A stretch of 38,923 bases of DNA, from the UHGV virus genome UHGV-0153024; one strand, written 5' to 3'. The notes beneath the pieces were generated by a model. The model did no database searches. It was not told the origin of the DNA and saw nothing but the letters and a program-made list of their open reading frames with translations. The position numbers were made by a program, and so were the translations under genes. The DNA comes from a virus. Positions 17,365 through 25,965 of this stretch are shown here, one piece after another. Numbering within the stretch: the first letter of the stretch is position 1; every line of letters starts with the position of its first letter.

Positions 17365-18423
17365 ATGAAGAAGAATACCCGCTTTGCTTTTAACGCTTAC
17401 CTGCAGCAGCTGGCGCGTCTGAACGGTGTGGCAGTTGAAGAACTGTCCAGCAAGTTCACCGTGGAGCCGTCTGTACAGCAGACGCTGGAAGACCAGATCC
17501 AGCAGTCCGCCGCTTTCCTGACGCTGATTAACGTCACGCCAGTGACTGAGCAGTCCGGTCAGCTGCTGGGGTTGGGTGTTGGTAGCACCATTGCCGGAAC
17601 CACTGACACCACCGCGAAAGAGCGTGAACCTGTCGATCCTACGCTGATGGTCGATGTGGAATACAAATGCGAGCAGACCAACTTTGACACGGTGCTGACC
17701 TACGCGAAGCTGGACCTGTGGGCGAAATTTCAGGATTTCCAGGTGCGTATCCGTGACGCCATCGTGAAACGTCAGGCACTGGACCGCATCATGATCGGCT
17801 TTAACGGCGTGAAGCGTGCGAAAACCTCCAACCGTAGTGAAAACCCGCTGCTGCAGGATGTGAACAAAGGCTGGCTGCAGAAAATCCGTGAGGATGCACC
17901 GGATCACGTCATGGGCAGCACCACCACAGGCGGTGAAACCACACCGGGCGCGGTGAAAGTCGGTAAAGGTGGCGAATATGCCAACCTGGACGCCGTGGTG
18001 ATGGATGCCGTCAATGAGCTTATCGACGTGGTCTACCAGGACGATGACGATCTGGTGGTGATTTGCGGTCGTGAACTGTTGTCTGACAAGTATTTCCCAC
18101 TGGTCAACAAAGAGCAGGAAAACAGTGAAAAACTCGCTGCCGATATGATCATCAGTCAGAAACGCATGGGTGGCCTGCAGGCCGTGCGTGCGCCGTTCTT
18201 CCCGCCGAATGCGCTGCTGATCACCCGTCTGGATAACCTGTCCATCTACTGGCAGGAAGACACCCGCCGCCGTTCAGTTATCGACAACCCGAAACGTGAC
18301 CGGATTGAAAATTTTGAATCCGTTAACGAAGCCTACGTGGTTGAGGACTACCGCTGCGCCGCACTGGTGGAAAACATCCAGATTGGCGACTTCAGCGCCG
18401 CCGCAGCAGAAACCGGAGCGTAA
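17365..18423 (+). CDS. N: Major capsid protein (P2 gpN-like)
   Basis: 352 aa; strong resemblance to P2 N from memory (TRFAFNAYL..., FTVEPSVQQTL, NPLLQDV...GWLQK, VNKEQENSEKLAADMIISQKR). Confidence 0.9.
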   Translation: MKKNTRFAFNAYLQQLARLNGVAVEELSSKFTVEPSVQQTLEDQIQQSAAFLTLINVTPVTEQSGQLLGLGVGSTIAGTTDTTAKEREPVDPTLMVDVEYKCEQTNFDTVLTYAKLDLWAKFQDFQVRIRDAIVKRQALDRIMIGFNGVKRAKTSNRSENPLLQDVNKGWLQKIREDAPDHVMGSTTTGGETTPGAVKVGKGGEYANLDAVVMDAVNELIDVVYQDDDDLVVICGRELLSDKYFPLVNKEQENSEKLAADMIISQKRMGGLQAVRAPFFPPNALLITRLDNLSIYWQEDTRRRSVIDNPKRDRIENFESVNEAYVVEDYRCAALVENIQIGDFSAAAAETGA

Positions 18424-18426
18424 TCC

Positions 18427-19077
18427 ATGAGCCTGAGTCCCGCACGGCAGCATCGCCTGCGCGTTCAGGCTGAACAGGTCGCCCGCGAGGGCGGCAGTGT
18501 TCGCCACGCATCGGGCTATGACCTGATGCTGCTGCAACTGGCGGAAGACCGCCGCCGTCTCAAGGGCGTTCAGTCCACGGTCAAAAAAGCGGAAATCAAG
18601 GTGGAGCTGCTGCCGAAGTACGCCGCCTGGGCAGAGGGGGTCCTGGCTGCCGGAGGCGCTCAACAGGATGACGTGCTGATGTACGTGATGCTGTGGCGCA
18701 TTGATGCCGGAGATTATGCTGGGGCGCTGGAGATCGGGCGTCACGCCCTGCGTCATGGCTGGGTGATGCCGTTGGGTAACCGCAACGTGCAGACCGTGCT
18801 GGCAGAGGAAATGGCAGACGCGGCGCAGAGCGCAATGCTTGCCGCCACCGGCTTTGATGCTGATCTGTTGCTGCAGACGCTGGAGCTGACAGACGGTCTG
18901 GATATGCCGGACCAGTCACGGGCACGTCTGCATAAAGCGATTGGCGCTGTCCTGAGTGAAAGCAATCCGGCTTCCGCCCTTAATCATCTCAACCATGCGT
19001 TACAGCTCGATCCCCGCTGTGGCGTGAAAAAAGACAAACAGCAGCTGGAGCGCAGACTGCGCAATGACAGCCGCTGA
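18427..19077 (+). CDS. M: Terminase small (endonuclease) subunit (P2 gpM-like)
   Basis: 216 aa; follows N as in P2. Confidence 0.8.
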   Translation: MSLSPARQHRLRVQAEQVAREGGSVRHASGYDLMLLQLAEDRRRLKGVQSTVKKAEIKVELLPKYAAWAEGVLAAGGAQQDDVLMYVMLWRIDAGDYAGALEIGRHALRHGWVMPLGNRNVQTVLAEEMADAAQSAMLAATGFDADLLLQTLELTDGLDMPDQSRARLHKAIGAVLSESNPASALNHLNHALQLDPRCGVKKDKQQLERRLRNDSR

Positions 19078-19172
19078 CAGAACGTGCCCCCGCGCACGGG
19101 CGGCACGGGGTGGCGAAAGGCACTGCCACATCAAAACCCCGTCCACCGCCCTTTATTTCAGGAGAAAGCAGC

Positions 19173-19637
19173 ATGAAGTTTGTTGCGCCAGAACAGGCAC
19201 CGGAACAGGCGGAAATCATCAGAAATACACCGTTCTGGCCTGATGTGGACCTGTCGGAGTTTCGCAGCGTGATGCGCACTGACGGCACGGTGACGCAGCC
19301 GCGTTTAAAGCAGGTTGCGCTGTCGGCAATTTCGGAGGTCAACGCAGAGCTGTATGAGTTTCGCAGACGCCAGCAGATGCTGGGGTATGCCTCGCTGGCA
19401 GAGGTTCCGGCGGAACAGCTGGACGGCAAAAGTGAGCGCATTCAGCACTATTTCAACGCGGTTTACTGCTGGGCACGCGCCATGCTCAACGAACGTTACC
19501 AGGACTATGACGCCACGGCGTCCGGTGTGAAGCGGGGCGAGGAACTGGCGGAAGCAAGCGGTGATTTGTGGCGTGACGCCCGCTGGGCCATCAGCCGGGT
19601 GCAGGATGCGCCGCACTGCACAGTGGAGCTTATCTGA
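19173..19637 (+). CDS. L: Head completion/stabilisation protein (P2 gpL-like)
   Basis: Start at MKFVAPEQ with GGAG upstream; track ORF 19110..19637 carries an N-terminal extension. Confidence 0.75.
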   Translation: MKFVAPEQAPEQAEIIRNTPFWPDVDLSEFRSVMRTDGTVTQPRLKQVALSAISEVNAELYEFRRRQQMLGYASLAEVPAEQLDGKSERIQHYFNAVYCWARAMLNERYQDYDATASGVKRGEELAEASGDLWRDARWAISRVQDAPHCTVELI

Positions 19638-19840
19638 TGAAAGTGCTTGCGCATCAGTATGACACGGTGGACGCGCTTTGCTGGCGTCATTACGGGCGCA
19701 CGCAGGGTGTCACGGAGCAGGTACTGAAGGCAAATCCGGGGCTTGCCGAATACGGCCCCTTTTTACCTCACGGGCTGCAGGTGGAGTTGCCGGACATTCC
19801 GACCACCACCACCGTGCAGACCGTCCAGCTATGGGACTGA
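19637..19840 (+). CDS. X: Tail protein X (P2 gpX-like)
   Basis: 67 aa, the same length as P2 X. Confidence 0.75.
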   Translation: MKVLAHQYDTVDALCWRHYGRTQGVTEQVLKANPGLAEYGPFLPHGLQVELPDIPTTTTVQTVQLWD

Positions 19841-19843
19841 ATT

Positions 19844-20059
19844 ATGACGCTTGAGCGAATCAGCGCCTTTATCACGTATTGCATCGCCGTCGTGCTGGCC
19901 TGGCTGGGCGATTTGTCCATCAAGGATGCCTCAACGCTGGGCGGCCTGATGATTGGTGTGCTGATGCTGGCTATCAACTGGTACTACAAACACAAAGCCT
20001 ACCAGCTTCTGCGCGACGGGCAGATCTCGCGGGAGGACTATGAATCCATCAATCGTTAA
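19844..20059 (+). CDS. Holin (two-TM, pinholin-like)
   Basis: 71 aa with two hydrophobic helices (ISAFITYCIAVVLAWLG; LGGLMIGVLMLAINWYY); immediately upstream of the endolysin. Confidence 0.65.
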   Translation: MTLERISAFITYCIAVVLAWLGDLSIKDASTLGGLMIGVLMLAINWYYKHKAYQLLRDGQISREDYESINR

Positions 20060-20552
20060 ACGCTGCCTTGTCGGGGCCGTGCTGGCTATTGCTGCCACGC
20101 TGCCGGGTTTTCAGCAGCTTCACACCTCCGTGGAAGGGCTGAAACTGATTACCGATTACGAAGGTTGTCGTCTGCAGCCGTATCAGTGCAGCGCGGGTGT
20201 CTGGACCGACGGCATTGGTAATACGTCGGGCGTCATTCCCGGCAAAACCATTACGGAGCGACAGGCAGCAGAAGGGCTGATCTCCAACGTGCTGCGTGTG
20301 GAGCGGGCGCTGGAAAGGTGTGTGAAGCAACAGCCGCCGCAGAAGGTGTATGACGCTGTGGTGTCGTTTGCCTTCAACGTGGGTACGGGCAATGCCTGCA
20401 GTTCCACACTGGTGAAATTGCTCAATCAGCGGCGCTGGGCGGATGCGTGCCGACAGTTACCGCGCTGGGTTTATGTGAAAGGTGTGTTTAATCAGGGGCT
20501 GGATAACCGCCGTGCGCGGGAGATGGCCTGGTGTTTACAGGGAGCAAACTGA
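20040..20552 (+). CDS. Endolysin, lysozyme with N-terminal signal-anchor-release (SAR) segment
   Basis: Hydrophobic N-terminus (VKRCLVGAVLAIAATLPG), then lysozyme motifs resembling phage P21 R from memory (AGVWTDGIGNT; FAFNVGTGNACSSTLVKLLNQ; CRQLPRWVY). Confidence 0.8.
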   Translation: MNPSIVKRCLVGAVLAIAATLPGFQQLHTSVEGLKLITDYEGCRLQPYQCSAGVWTDGIGNTSGVIPGKTITERQAAEGLISNVLRVERALERCVKQQPPQKVYDAVVSFAFNVGTGNACSSTLVKLLNQRRWADACRQLPRWVYVKGVFNQGLDNRRAREMAWCLQGAN

Positions 20553-20553
20553 A

Positions 20554-20931
20554 ATGAAAAAGAAATTAATCAGCGGGCTGTTTCTGATGTTATGGATGGC
20601 GCTGTTAATTGCAGCAATGGTGTATCCGCAGGGGATTTTTCCGGTACTGGCAGCGTCCGGCGTTTGGGTAGCCTGTTTACTGACATGGGCGGTAATTCCG
20701 GTAGCACTGGCTGCGTTAATTAAGAATGGCTCGCTCTGGCAGGAGTTGAGGGCATCTTTGCTGAAGACCATTACCCGAAAAGAAAACGTATTTATCAGCT
20801 GGGTGATGCGATTGCTGATTGTCGTAAGTCTCGCCTGGACGGGGTGGGCTATTACCCTGGTCTTTTATCTACTGACCGTTATTGCCTTCTGGATCACCCG
20901 TAATCAGATGGCGCAACAGGTAGCAGCATGA
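20554..20931 (+). CDS. Lysis accessory membrane protein (P2 LysA-like)
   Basis: Start at MKKKLISG; several TM helices; position as P2 lysA. Confidence 0.55.
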   Translation: MKKKLISGLFLMLWMALLIAAMVYPQGIFPVLAASGVWVACLLTWAVIPVALAALIKNGSLWQELRASLLKTITRKENVFISWVMRLLIVVSLAWTGWAITLVFYLLTVIAFWITRNQMAQQVAA

Positions 20932-21356
20932 ACCGGTTGCTGCTGGTTGTGCTGGCGTTATTACTGGCGGCGCTGGGCTGGCAGACGTGGCGGCTGGCTG
21001 ATGCCAGCCAGACCATCAGCACGCAGGCAGACGAGCTGCAGAGCAAAAGTCAGGCACTGGCAAAGAGCAACAGCCAGCTTATCAGCCTGTCCATTCTGAC
21101 TGAAACTAATAACCGGGAGCAGGCGCGGCTCTATGCCGAAGCAGAACAGACCAGCGCACAGCTGAGACAACGACAACGCCGGATCGAGGAACTGAAACGT
21201 GAGAACGAGGATTTACGGCGCTGGGCTGATACTCCTTTGCCTGCTGACATTATCCGGCTGCGGGAACGTCCGGCACTCACCGGAGGTGCAGCTTACCGTC
21301 AGTGGTTGTCCGCGAGTGACACCGTGTCGGCTGGATCAGACAGCGCCGCGCACTAA
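20928..21356 (+). CDS. Inner-membrane spanin (Rz-like; P2 LysB-like)
   Basis: N-terminal TM (LLLVVLALLLAALGW) followed by a coiled-coil-like region. Confidence 0.65.
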   Translation: MNRLLLVVLALLLAALGWQTWRLADASQTISTQADELQSKSQALAKSNSQLISLSILTETNNREQARLYAEAEQTSAQLRQRQRRIEELKRENEDLRRWADTPLPADIIRLRERPALTGGAAYRQWLSASDTVSAGSDSAAH

Positions 21357-21489
21357 CGGTGATCTGAACGCATTGCTGGATGAAACGGAGGCCGCCTGGG
21401 CGGTCTGTGCAGACAAAGTGGACATGATTATTGCGTGTCAGGAGCGAAACAGTGAACAAACCACAATCCCTGCGCCACGCCCTCAATAA
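21199..21489 (+). CDS. Outer-membrane lipoprotein spanin (Rz1-like; P2 LysC-like), start nested in LysB
   Basis: Lipoprotein signal with lipobox (LLCLLTLSGCGN); begins in the +1 frame inside LysB and extends past it. Confidence 0.6.
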   Translation: MRTRIYGAGLILLCLLTLSGCGNVRHSPEVQLTVSGCPRVTPCRLDQTAPRTNGDLNALLDETEAAWAVCADKVDMIIACQERNSEQTTIPAPRPQ

Positions 21490-21883
21490 AGCGGTGCCTT
21501 ATGTCCGCAATAACCCGGACAAACTGCATCTGTTTGTGGATAACGGTTCGCTGGTTGCCACGGGGGCCAGCTCCATGTCATGGGAGTACCGCTACACCCT
21601 GAACGTGGTGATTGAGGATTTCAGCGGCGACCAGAATCTGCTGATGGCCCCGGTTTTGCTGTGGCTGCGGGATAACCAGCCCGATGCCATCAATAACCCG
21701 GCGTTACGGGAAAAGCTATTCACCTTTGAGGTGGATATTCTGCGCAACGATGTCTGTGATATCAGCCTTAACCTGCAACTGACGGAGCGTGTGCTGGTCA
21801 GCACTGACGGCAGTGTGTCGAACGTTGAAGCGGTAGCGGAACCTGATGAACCTGAAGAAATGTGGACGGTGAAACGTGGCTGA
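21452..21883 (+). CDS. R: Tail completion protein R (P2 gpR-like)
   Basis: GTG start 7 nt after GGAG gives a P2 R-like N-terminus (NKPQSLRHAL vs LKPDSLRRAL); shared motifs LHLFVDNGS, YRYTLNVV. Confidence 0.8.
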   Translation: MNKPQSLRHALNKAVPYVRNNPDKLHLFVDNGSLVATGASSMSWEYRYTLNVVIEDFSGDQNLLMAPVLLWLRDNQPDAINNPALREKLFTFEVDILRNDVCDISLNLQLTERVLVSTDGSVSNVEAVAEPDEPEEMWTVKRG

Positions 21884-22322
21884 ACTGCAGAAGGTGGACC
21901 ACTGGATGAGTGCATTATTGGCGAATCTGGAGCCAGCCGCAAGAAGCCGCATGATGCGCCAGCTGGCGCAGGAACTGCGCCGGACACAGCAGCAAAATAT
22001 CAGAATGCAGCGCAATCCAGATGGCAGCAGTTATGAACCGCGACGGGTAACAGCACGCAGTAAAAAAGGCCGTATCAAACGTCAGATGTTTGCAAAGCTG
22101 CGCACCACAAAATACCTGAAAACTTCCGCCAGCGCCGACTCTGCCAGCGTGCAGTTTGAAGGCAAGGTACAGCGCATTGCCCGTGTTCATCACTACGGCT
22201 TACGTGATCGCGTCAGCCGCAAAGGACCGGAGGTCCGTTACGCAGAGCGTCGCCTTCTGGGTGTAAATGATGATGTTGAGGCAATGACCCGCGACATGAT
22301 TCTGCAATGGCTGGCGGGGTGA
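21876..22322 (+). CDS. S: Tail completion protein S (P2 gpS-like)
   Basis: 148 aa; follows R. Confidence 0.8.
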   Translation: MAELQKVDHWMSALLANLEPAARSRMMRQLAQELRRTQQQNIRMQRNPDGSSYEPRRVTARSKKGRIKRQMFAKLRTTKYLKTSASADSASVQFEGKVQRIARVHHYGLRDRVSRKGPEVRYAERRLLGVNDDVEAMTRDMILQWLAG

Positions 22323-22325
22323 TTT

Positions 22326-22345
22326 TTGTATCAGCACTGATACAA
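22326..22345. promoter_or_regulatory. Late-promoter activator dyad upstream of V (TTGTATCAG-CA-CTGATACAA)
   Basis: Perfect 9-bp arms; TGT 22327-22329, ACA 22342-22344; 46 nt before the V start codon. Confidence 0.5.
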
Positions 22346-22390
22346 GTTGCAGCACTGCCGCCTTTCTTCCCCTGATGGCAACCTTTCCCT

Positions 22391-22969
22391 ATGAACGCAC
22401 AATTAACCGAAATCATGCGCCTTATCACCAACCTGATCCGCACTGGGGTAGTCACCGAAGTGGACAGGACAAACTGGCTTTGCCGGGTGAAAACGGGCGA
22501 CCTTGAAACCAACTGGATCAGCTGGCTGACGCTGCGTGCCGGGAATGCCCGGACATGGTGGCGACCATCGGAAGGTGAGCAGGTGGTGCTGCTGAGTATG
22601 GGCGGTAATCTGGAAACAGCTTTTGCGCTGCCCGCCATCTATTCGAATCAGTTCGCACCACCGTCGACGTCGGCGGACGCCTGCGTGACAGAACATCCTG
22701 ACGGTGGCTGGTTTGAATACGAACCTGCCACCGGGCGCTGGTATGTCAGGGGCATCAAATCCATGGTCATTGAGGCTGCCGATAACATCACCCTGAAAAC
22801 CAGTGAGTTTGTGCTGGAGGCTGAGTGCACGCGTATTAACAGCGAAGTGGTGGTCAATGGTGGCGTTACTCAGGGCGGCGGAGCGATGAGTTCTAACGGG
22901 ATCGTGGTTGATGCGCATCAGCATACTGGCGTCCTGAAAGGCGGCGATGCAACCGGAGGCCCGGTATGA
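22391..22969 (+). CDS. V: Baseplate spike/assembly protein V (P2 gpV-like)
   Basis: 192 aa; resemblance to P2 V (IRTG..., RTWW.PS.GEQV, DTAF.LP.IYS). Confidence 0.85.
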   Translation: MNAQLTEIMRLITNLIRTGVVTEVDRTNWLCRVKTGDLETNWISWLTLRAGNARTWWRPSEGEQVVLLSMGGNLETAFALPAIYSNQFAPPSTSADACVTEHPDGGWFEYEPATGRWYVRGIKSMVIEAADNITLKTSEFVLEAECTRINSEVVVNGGVTQGGGAMSSNGIVVDAHQHTGVLKGGDATGGPV

Positions 22970-23325
22970 CGCTTTATAGCGGGATGAACAATACCAGCGG
23001 TAAAGCCATTACTGATATTGACCATCTGCGCCAGTCGGTGCGGGACATTTTGCTGACGCCGCAGGGTAGCCGCATTGCCCGTCGGGAATATGGTTCCCTG
23101 CTGTCGGCACTGATAGACCAGCCACAAAATCCGGCATTACGCCTGCAGGTCATGTCGGCAGTGTATGTGGCGCTGAGTCGCTGGGAGCCACGGCTGACGC
23201 TGGATTCCATCACCATTAACAGCAATTTTGACGGTTCAATGGTGGTGGAGCTGACCGGGCGGCGTAATAACGGTGTGCCTGTTTCCCTTTCCGTATCAAC
23301 AGGAGCAGAGAATGGCAGTGATTGA
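22966..23325 (+). CDS. W: Baseplate protein W (P2 gpW-like)
   Basis: 119 aa; position between V and J. Confidence 0.8.
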   Translation: MTLYSGMNNTSGKAITDIDHLRQSVRDILLTPQGSRIARREYGSLLSALIDQPQNPALRLQVMSAVYVALSRWEPRLTLDSITINSNFDGSMVVELTGRRNNGVPVSLSVSTGAENGSD

Positions 23326-24220
23326 CCTTTCGCAGTTGCCTGCGCCGCAGATTGTGGATGTGCCGGACTTTGAGACGCTGCTTGCCGAACGCAAGGCCGA
23401 ATTTGTTGCGCTTCATCCGAAAGATGAGCAGGAAGCAGTGATCCGCACGCTGGAACTGGAATCTGAACCCGTCACCAAATTGCTTCAGGAGAACGCTTAC
23501 CGTGAGTTGCTTCTGCGCCAGCGCATTAACGAAGCCGCGCATGCTGTGATGGTGGCTTACGCGATGGGCGGCGATCTTGACCAGCTCGCTGCCAACTACA
23601 ACGTGAAACGCCTGACGGTGACGCCTGCTGATAATGACGCTGTGCCACCCGTTGCGGCTGTGATGGAAAGCGATGAAGCGTTACGCCTGCGTGTGCCTGC
23701 GGCTTTTGAAGGGCTTTCGGTTGCGGGGCCAACCGCAGCTTATGAATTTCATGCCCGAAGCGCCGACGGTCGGGTGGCGGATGCCAGTGCAACCAGCCCG
23801 GCACCTGCAGAGGTGGTGCTTACGGTCCTAAGCCGTGAAGGCGACGGAACAGCAGAAAAAGACCTGCTGGACGTGGTGGAAAAAGCTCTGAACAGTGAGA
23901 ACGTTCGCCCGGTGGCTGACCGTCTGACGGTTCGCAGCGCAGAAATCATCCCGTATCGCGTGGAAGCCACCATTTTTCTCTATCCGGGGCCGGAAGCAGA
24001 GCCGGTAATGGCAGCGGCAAAAGCCAGCCTGCAGAAATACATCGCCAGTCAGACGCGGCTTGGTAGGGATATTCGCCGTAGCGCCATCTTTGCCGCCCTG
24101 CATGTTGAGGGTGTGCAGCGTGTGGAGCTGGCTTCGCCGCTGGCGGATGTGGTTTTGAACAAAACGCAGGCGGCATCATGTACGGAGTGGAGCGTGACCA
24201 ACGGGGGAACGGATGAATAG
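23312..24220 (+). CDS. J: Baseplate protein J (P2 gpJ-like)
   Basis: Start at MAVIDLSQL with AGGAG upstream gives 302 aa, the same as P2 J. Confidence 0.85.
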   Translation: MAVIDLSQLPAPQIVDVPDFETLLAERKAEFVALHPKDEQEAVIRTLELESEPVTKLLQENAYRELLLRQRINEAAHAVMVAYAMGGDLDQLAANYNVKRLTVTPADNDAVPPVAAVMESDEALRLRVPAAFEGLSVAGPTAAYEFHARSADGRVADASATSPAPAEVVLTVLSREGDGTAEKDLLDVVEKALNSENVRPVADRLTVRSAEIIPYRVEATIFLYPGPEAEPVMAAAKASLQKYIASQTRLGRDIRRSAIFAALHVEGVQRVELASPLADVVLNKTQAASCTEWSVTNGGTDE

Positions 24221-24818
24221 TCTGCTGCCATCGGGGTCAACTTCACTGGAGCGCCGACTGGCGCAAACGTGCAGCGGGATTTCTGATCTGCAGGTGCCGC
24301 TTCGTGACTTGTGGAATCCGGCAACCTGTCCGGTCAGTTTCCTGCCTTATCTCGCCTGGGCGTTCTCTGTGGATCGCTGGGACGAGGGTTGGACAGAAAG
24401 CGTCAAGCGCCAGGTGGTGAAGGATGCTTTTTATATTCATCAGCATAAAGGGACCGCCAGTGCCGTGCGGCGGGTGGTGGAGCCGTTCGGATTCCTGATC
24501 CGCATTATTGAGTGGTGGCAGACCGGAGAAACACCGGGCACGTTTCGCCTGGATATCGGCGTGCAGGACCAGGGCATCACTGAAGATACCTATCTGGAAC
24601 TTGAGCGACTGATAAGCGATGCCAAACCATGTAGCCGCCACATGATCGGCATGTCCATCAATCTGCAGACCAGCGGCCCGCATTGGGTGGGAGCCGCCAG
24701 CTATCTTGGCGAAGAAATCACGATCTATCCGTATATCAACGAAACGATTATTTCTGGTGGCACCGCGCATGAAGGCGGGGCGGTCCATGTTATTGACACA
24801 ATGAGAGTGAATCCATGA
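24213..24818 (+). CDS. I: Baseplate protein I (P2 gpI-like)
   Basis: 201 aa; between J and H. Confidence 0.8.
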   Translation: MNSLLPSGSTSLERRLAQTCSGISDLQVPLRDLWNPATCPVSFLPYLAWAFSVDRWDEGWTESVKRQVVKDAFYIHQHKGTASAVRRVVEPFGFLIRIIEWWQTGETPGTFRLDIGVQDQGITEDTYLELERLISDAKPCSRHMIGMSINLQTSGPHWVGAASYLGEEITIYPYINETIISGGTAHEGGAVHVIDTMRVNP

Positions 24819-25876
24819 GCACAAAATTTTATACCCTGCTGACGGATATTGGCGCGGCGAAACTTGCCAGCGCCCCCGCGCTCGGTGTGCCGCTAAAAAT
24901 TACCCATATGGCGGTGGGCGATGGCGGTGGAGTATTGCCAACGCCGGACGCAAAGCAGACGGCACTGGTAAATGAGAAACGCCGGGCTGCGCTGAATATG
25001 CTTTATATCGACCCGCAGAACAGCAGCCAGATTATTGCCGAACAGGTGATCCCTGAAAACGAGGGCGGTTGGTGGATACGTGAAGTGGGCTTGTTTGATG
25101 AGTCCGGGGCATTGATTGCCGTGGGCAACTGCCCGGAAAGCTATAAGCCGCAACTGGCTGAAGGTAGCGGGCGCACTCAGACCGTGCGCATGGTGCTGAT
25201 TACCAGCAGCACGGACAATATCACCCTGAAAATCGACCCTGCTGTAGTGCTGGCAACCCGCAAGTATGTGGATGACAAGGCACTGGAGCTGAAGGTTTAC
25301 GCGGATGATCAGATGGCAAAACATCTTGCCGCACCGGACCCGCATTCACAGTACGCGCCAAAAGCCAGCCCGACATTTACCGGAACCCCCAAAGCGCCAA
25401 CGCCAGCGGCGGGGAATAATACCACGCAGGTTGCGACCACTGCGTTTGTACAGGCGGCACTGACGGCCCTTATTAATGGTGCGCCAGCCACGCTGGACAC
25501 GCTGAAAGAAATAGCCGCAGCCATTAACAATGATCCGAATTTCAGTACCACCATTAACAATGCGCTGGCACTAAAAGCACCGTTGTCGAGTCCGGCACTC
25601 ACCGGAACGCCAACAGCCCCCACGGCGGCGCAGTCGGTCAACAATACACAGATTGCCACTACGGCTTTTGTGAAATCGGCGATTGCAGGAATGGTGGGTT
25701 CTGCACCTGCTGCACTGGATACACTGAACGAACTGGCGGCGGCACTGGGGAATGATCCGAACTTTGCCACGACAATGCTTAATGCGCTGGCAGGTAAACA
25801 ACCGCTGGACAATACGCTTACCAATTTGAGTGGAAAGGATGTAGCTGGTCTTCTCACATACCTTGCTTTAAGATGA
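24815..25876 (+). CDS. H: Tail fibre protein H, N-terminal (constant) part only, 353 aa
   Basis: Strong resemblance to the first ~350 aa of P2 H (AAKLA, MAVGDGGG, ESYKP.LAEGSGR.QT.RMV, DTLNELAAALGNDPNFATTM.NALAGKQP) but terminates after LTYLALR; P2 H is about 670 aa. Confidence 0.8.
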   Translation: MSTKFYTLLTDIGAAKLASAPALGVPLKITHMAVGDGGGVLPTPDAKQTALVNEKRRAALNMLYIDPQNSSQIIAEQVIPENEGGWWIREVGLFDESGALIAVGNCPESYKPQLAEGSGRTQTVRMVLITSSTDNITLKIDPAVVLATRKYVDDKALELKVYADDQMAKHLAAPDPHSQYAPKASPTFTGTPKAPTPAAGNNTTQVATTAFVQAALTALINGAPATLDTLKEIAAAINNDPNFSTTINNALALKAPLSSPALTGTPTAPTAAQSVNNTQIATTAFVKSAIAGMVGSAPAALDTLNELAAALGNDPNFATTMLNALAGKQPLDNTLTNLSGKDVAGLLTYLALR

Positions 25877-25965
25877 GAGTAGTAAACCCCTGTCCCGACG
25901 CCATGATACTATCGACTCATGACTCCTGAGTGTGTACCATTAACACAAAAAAATTGAGGTACATA

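Noticed and set aside
22403-22924. 173-aa minus-strand ORF antisense to baseplate gene V
   Set aside because: Shadow ORF within a well-supported gene.
25880-25900. Possible left crossover site for the invertase near the end of H (GTAGTAAACCCCTGTCCC)
   Set aside because: Shares only a 7-mer (TAGTAAA) and an AAACC half-core with the candidate right site; lacks the second half-site, so it is too weak to call.
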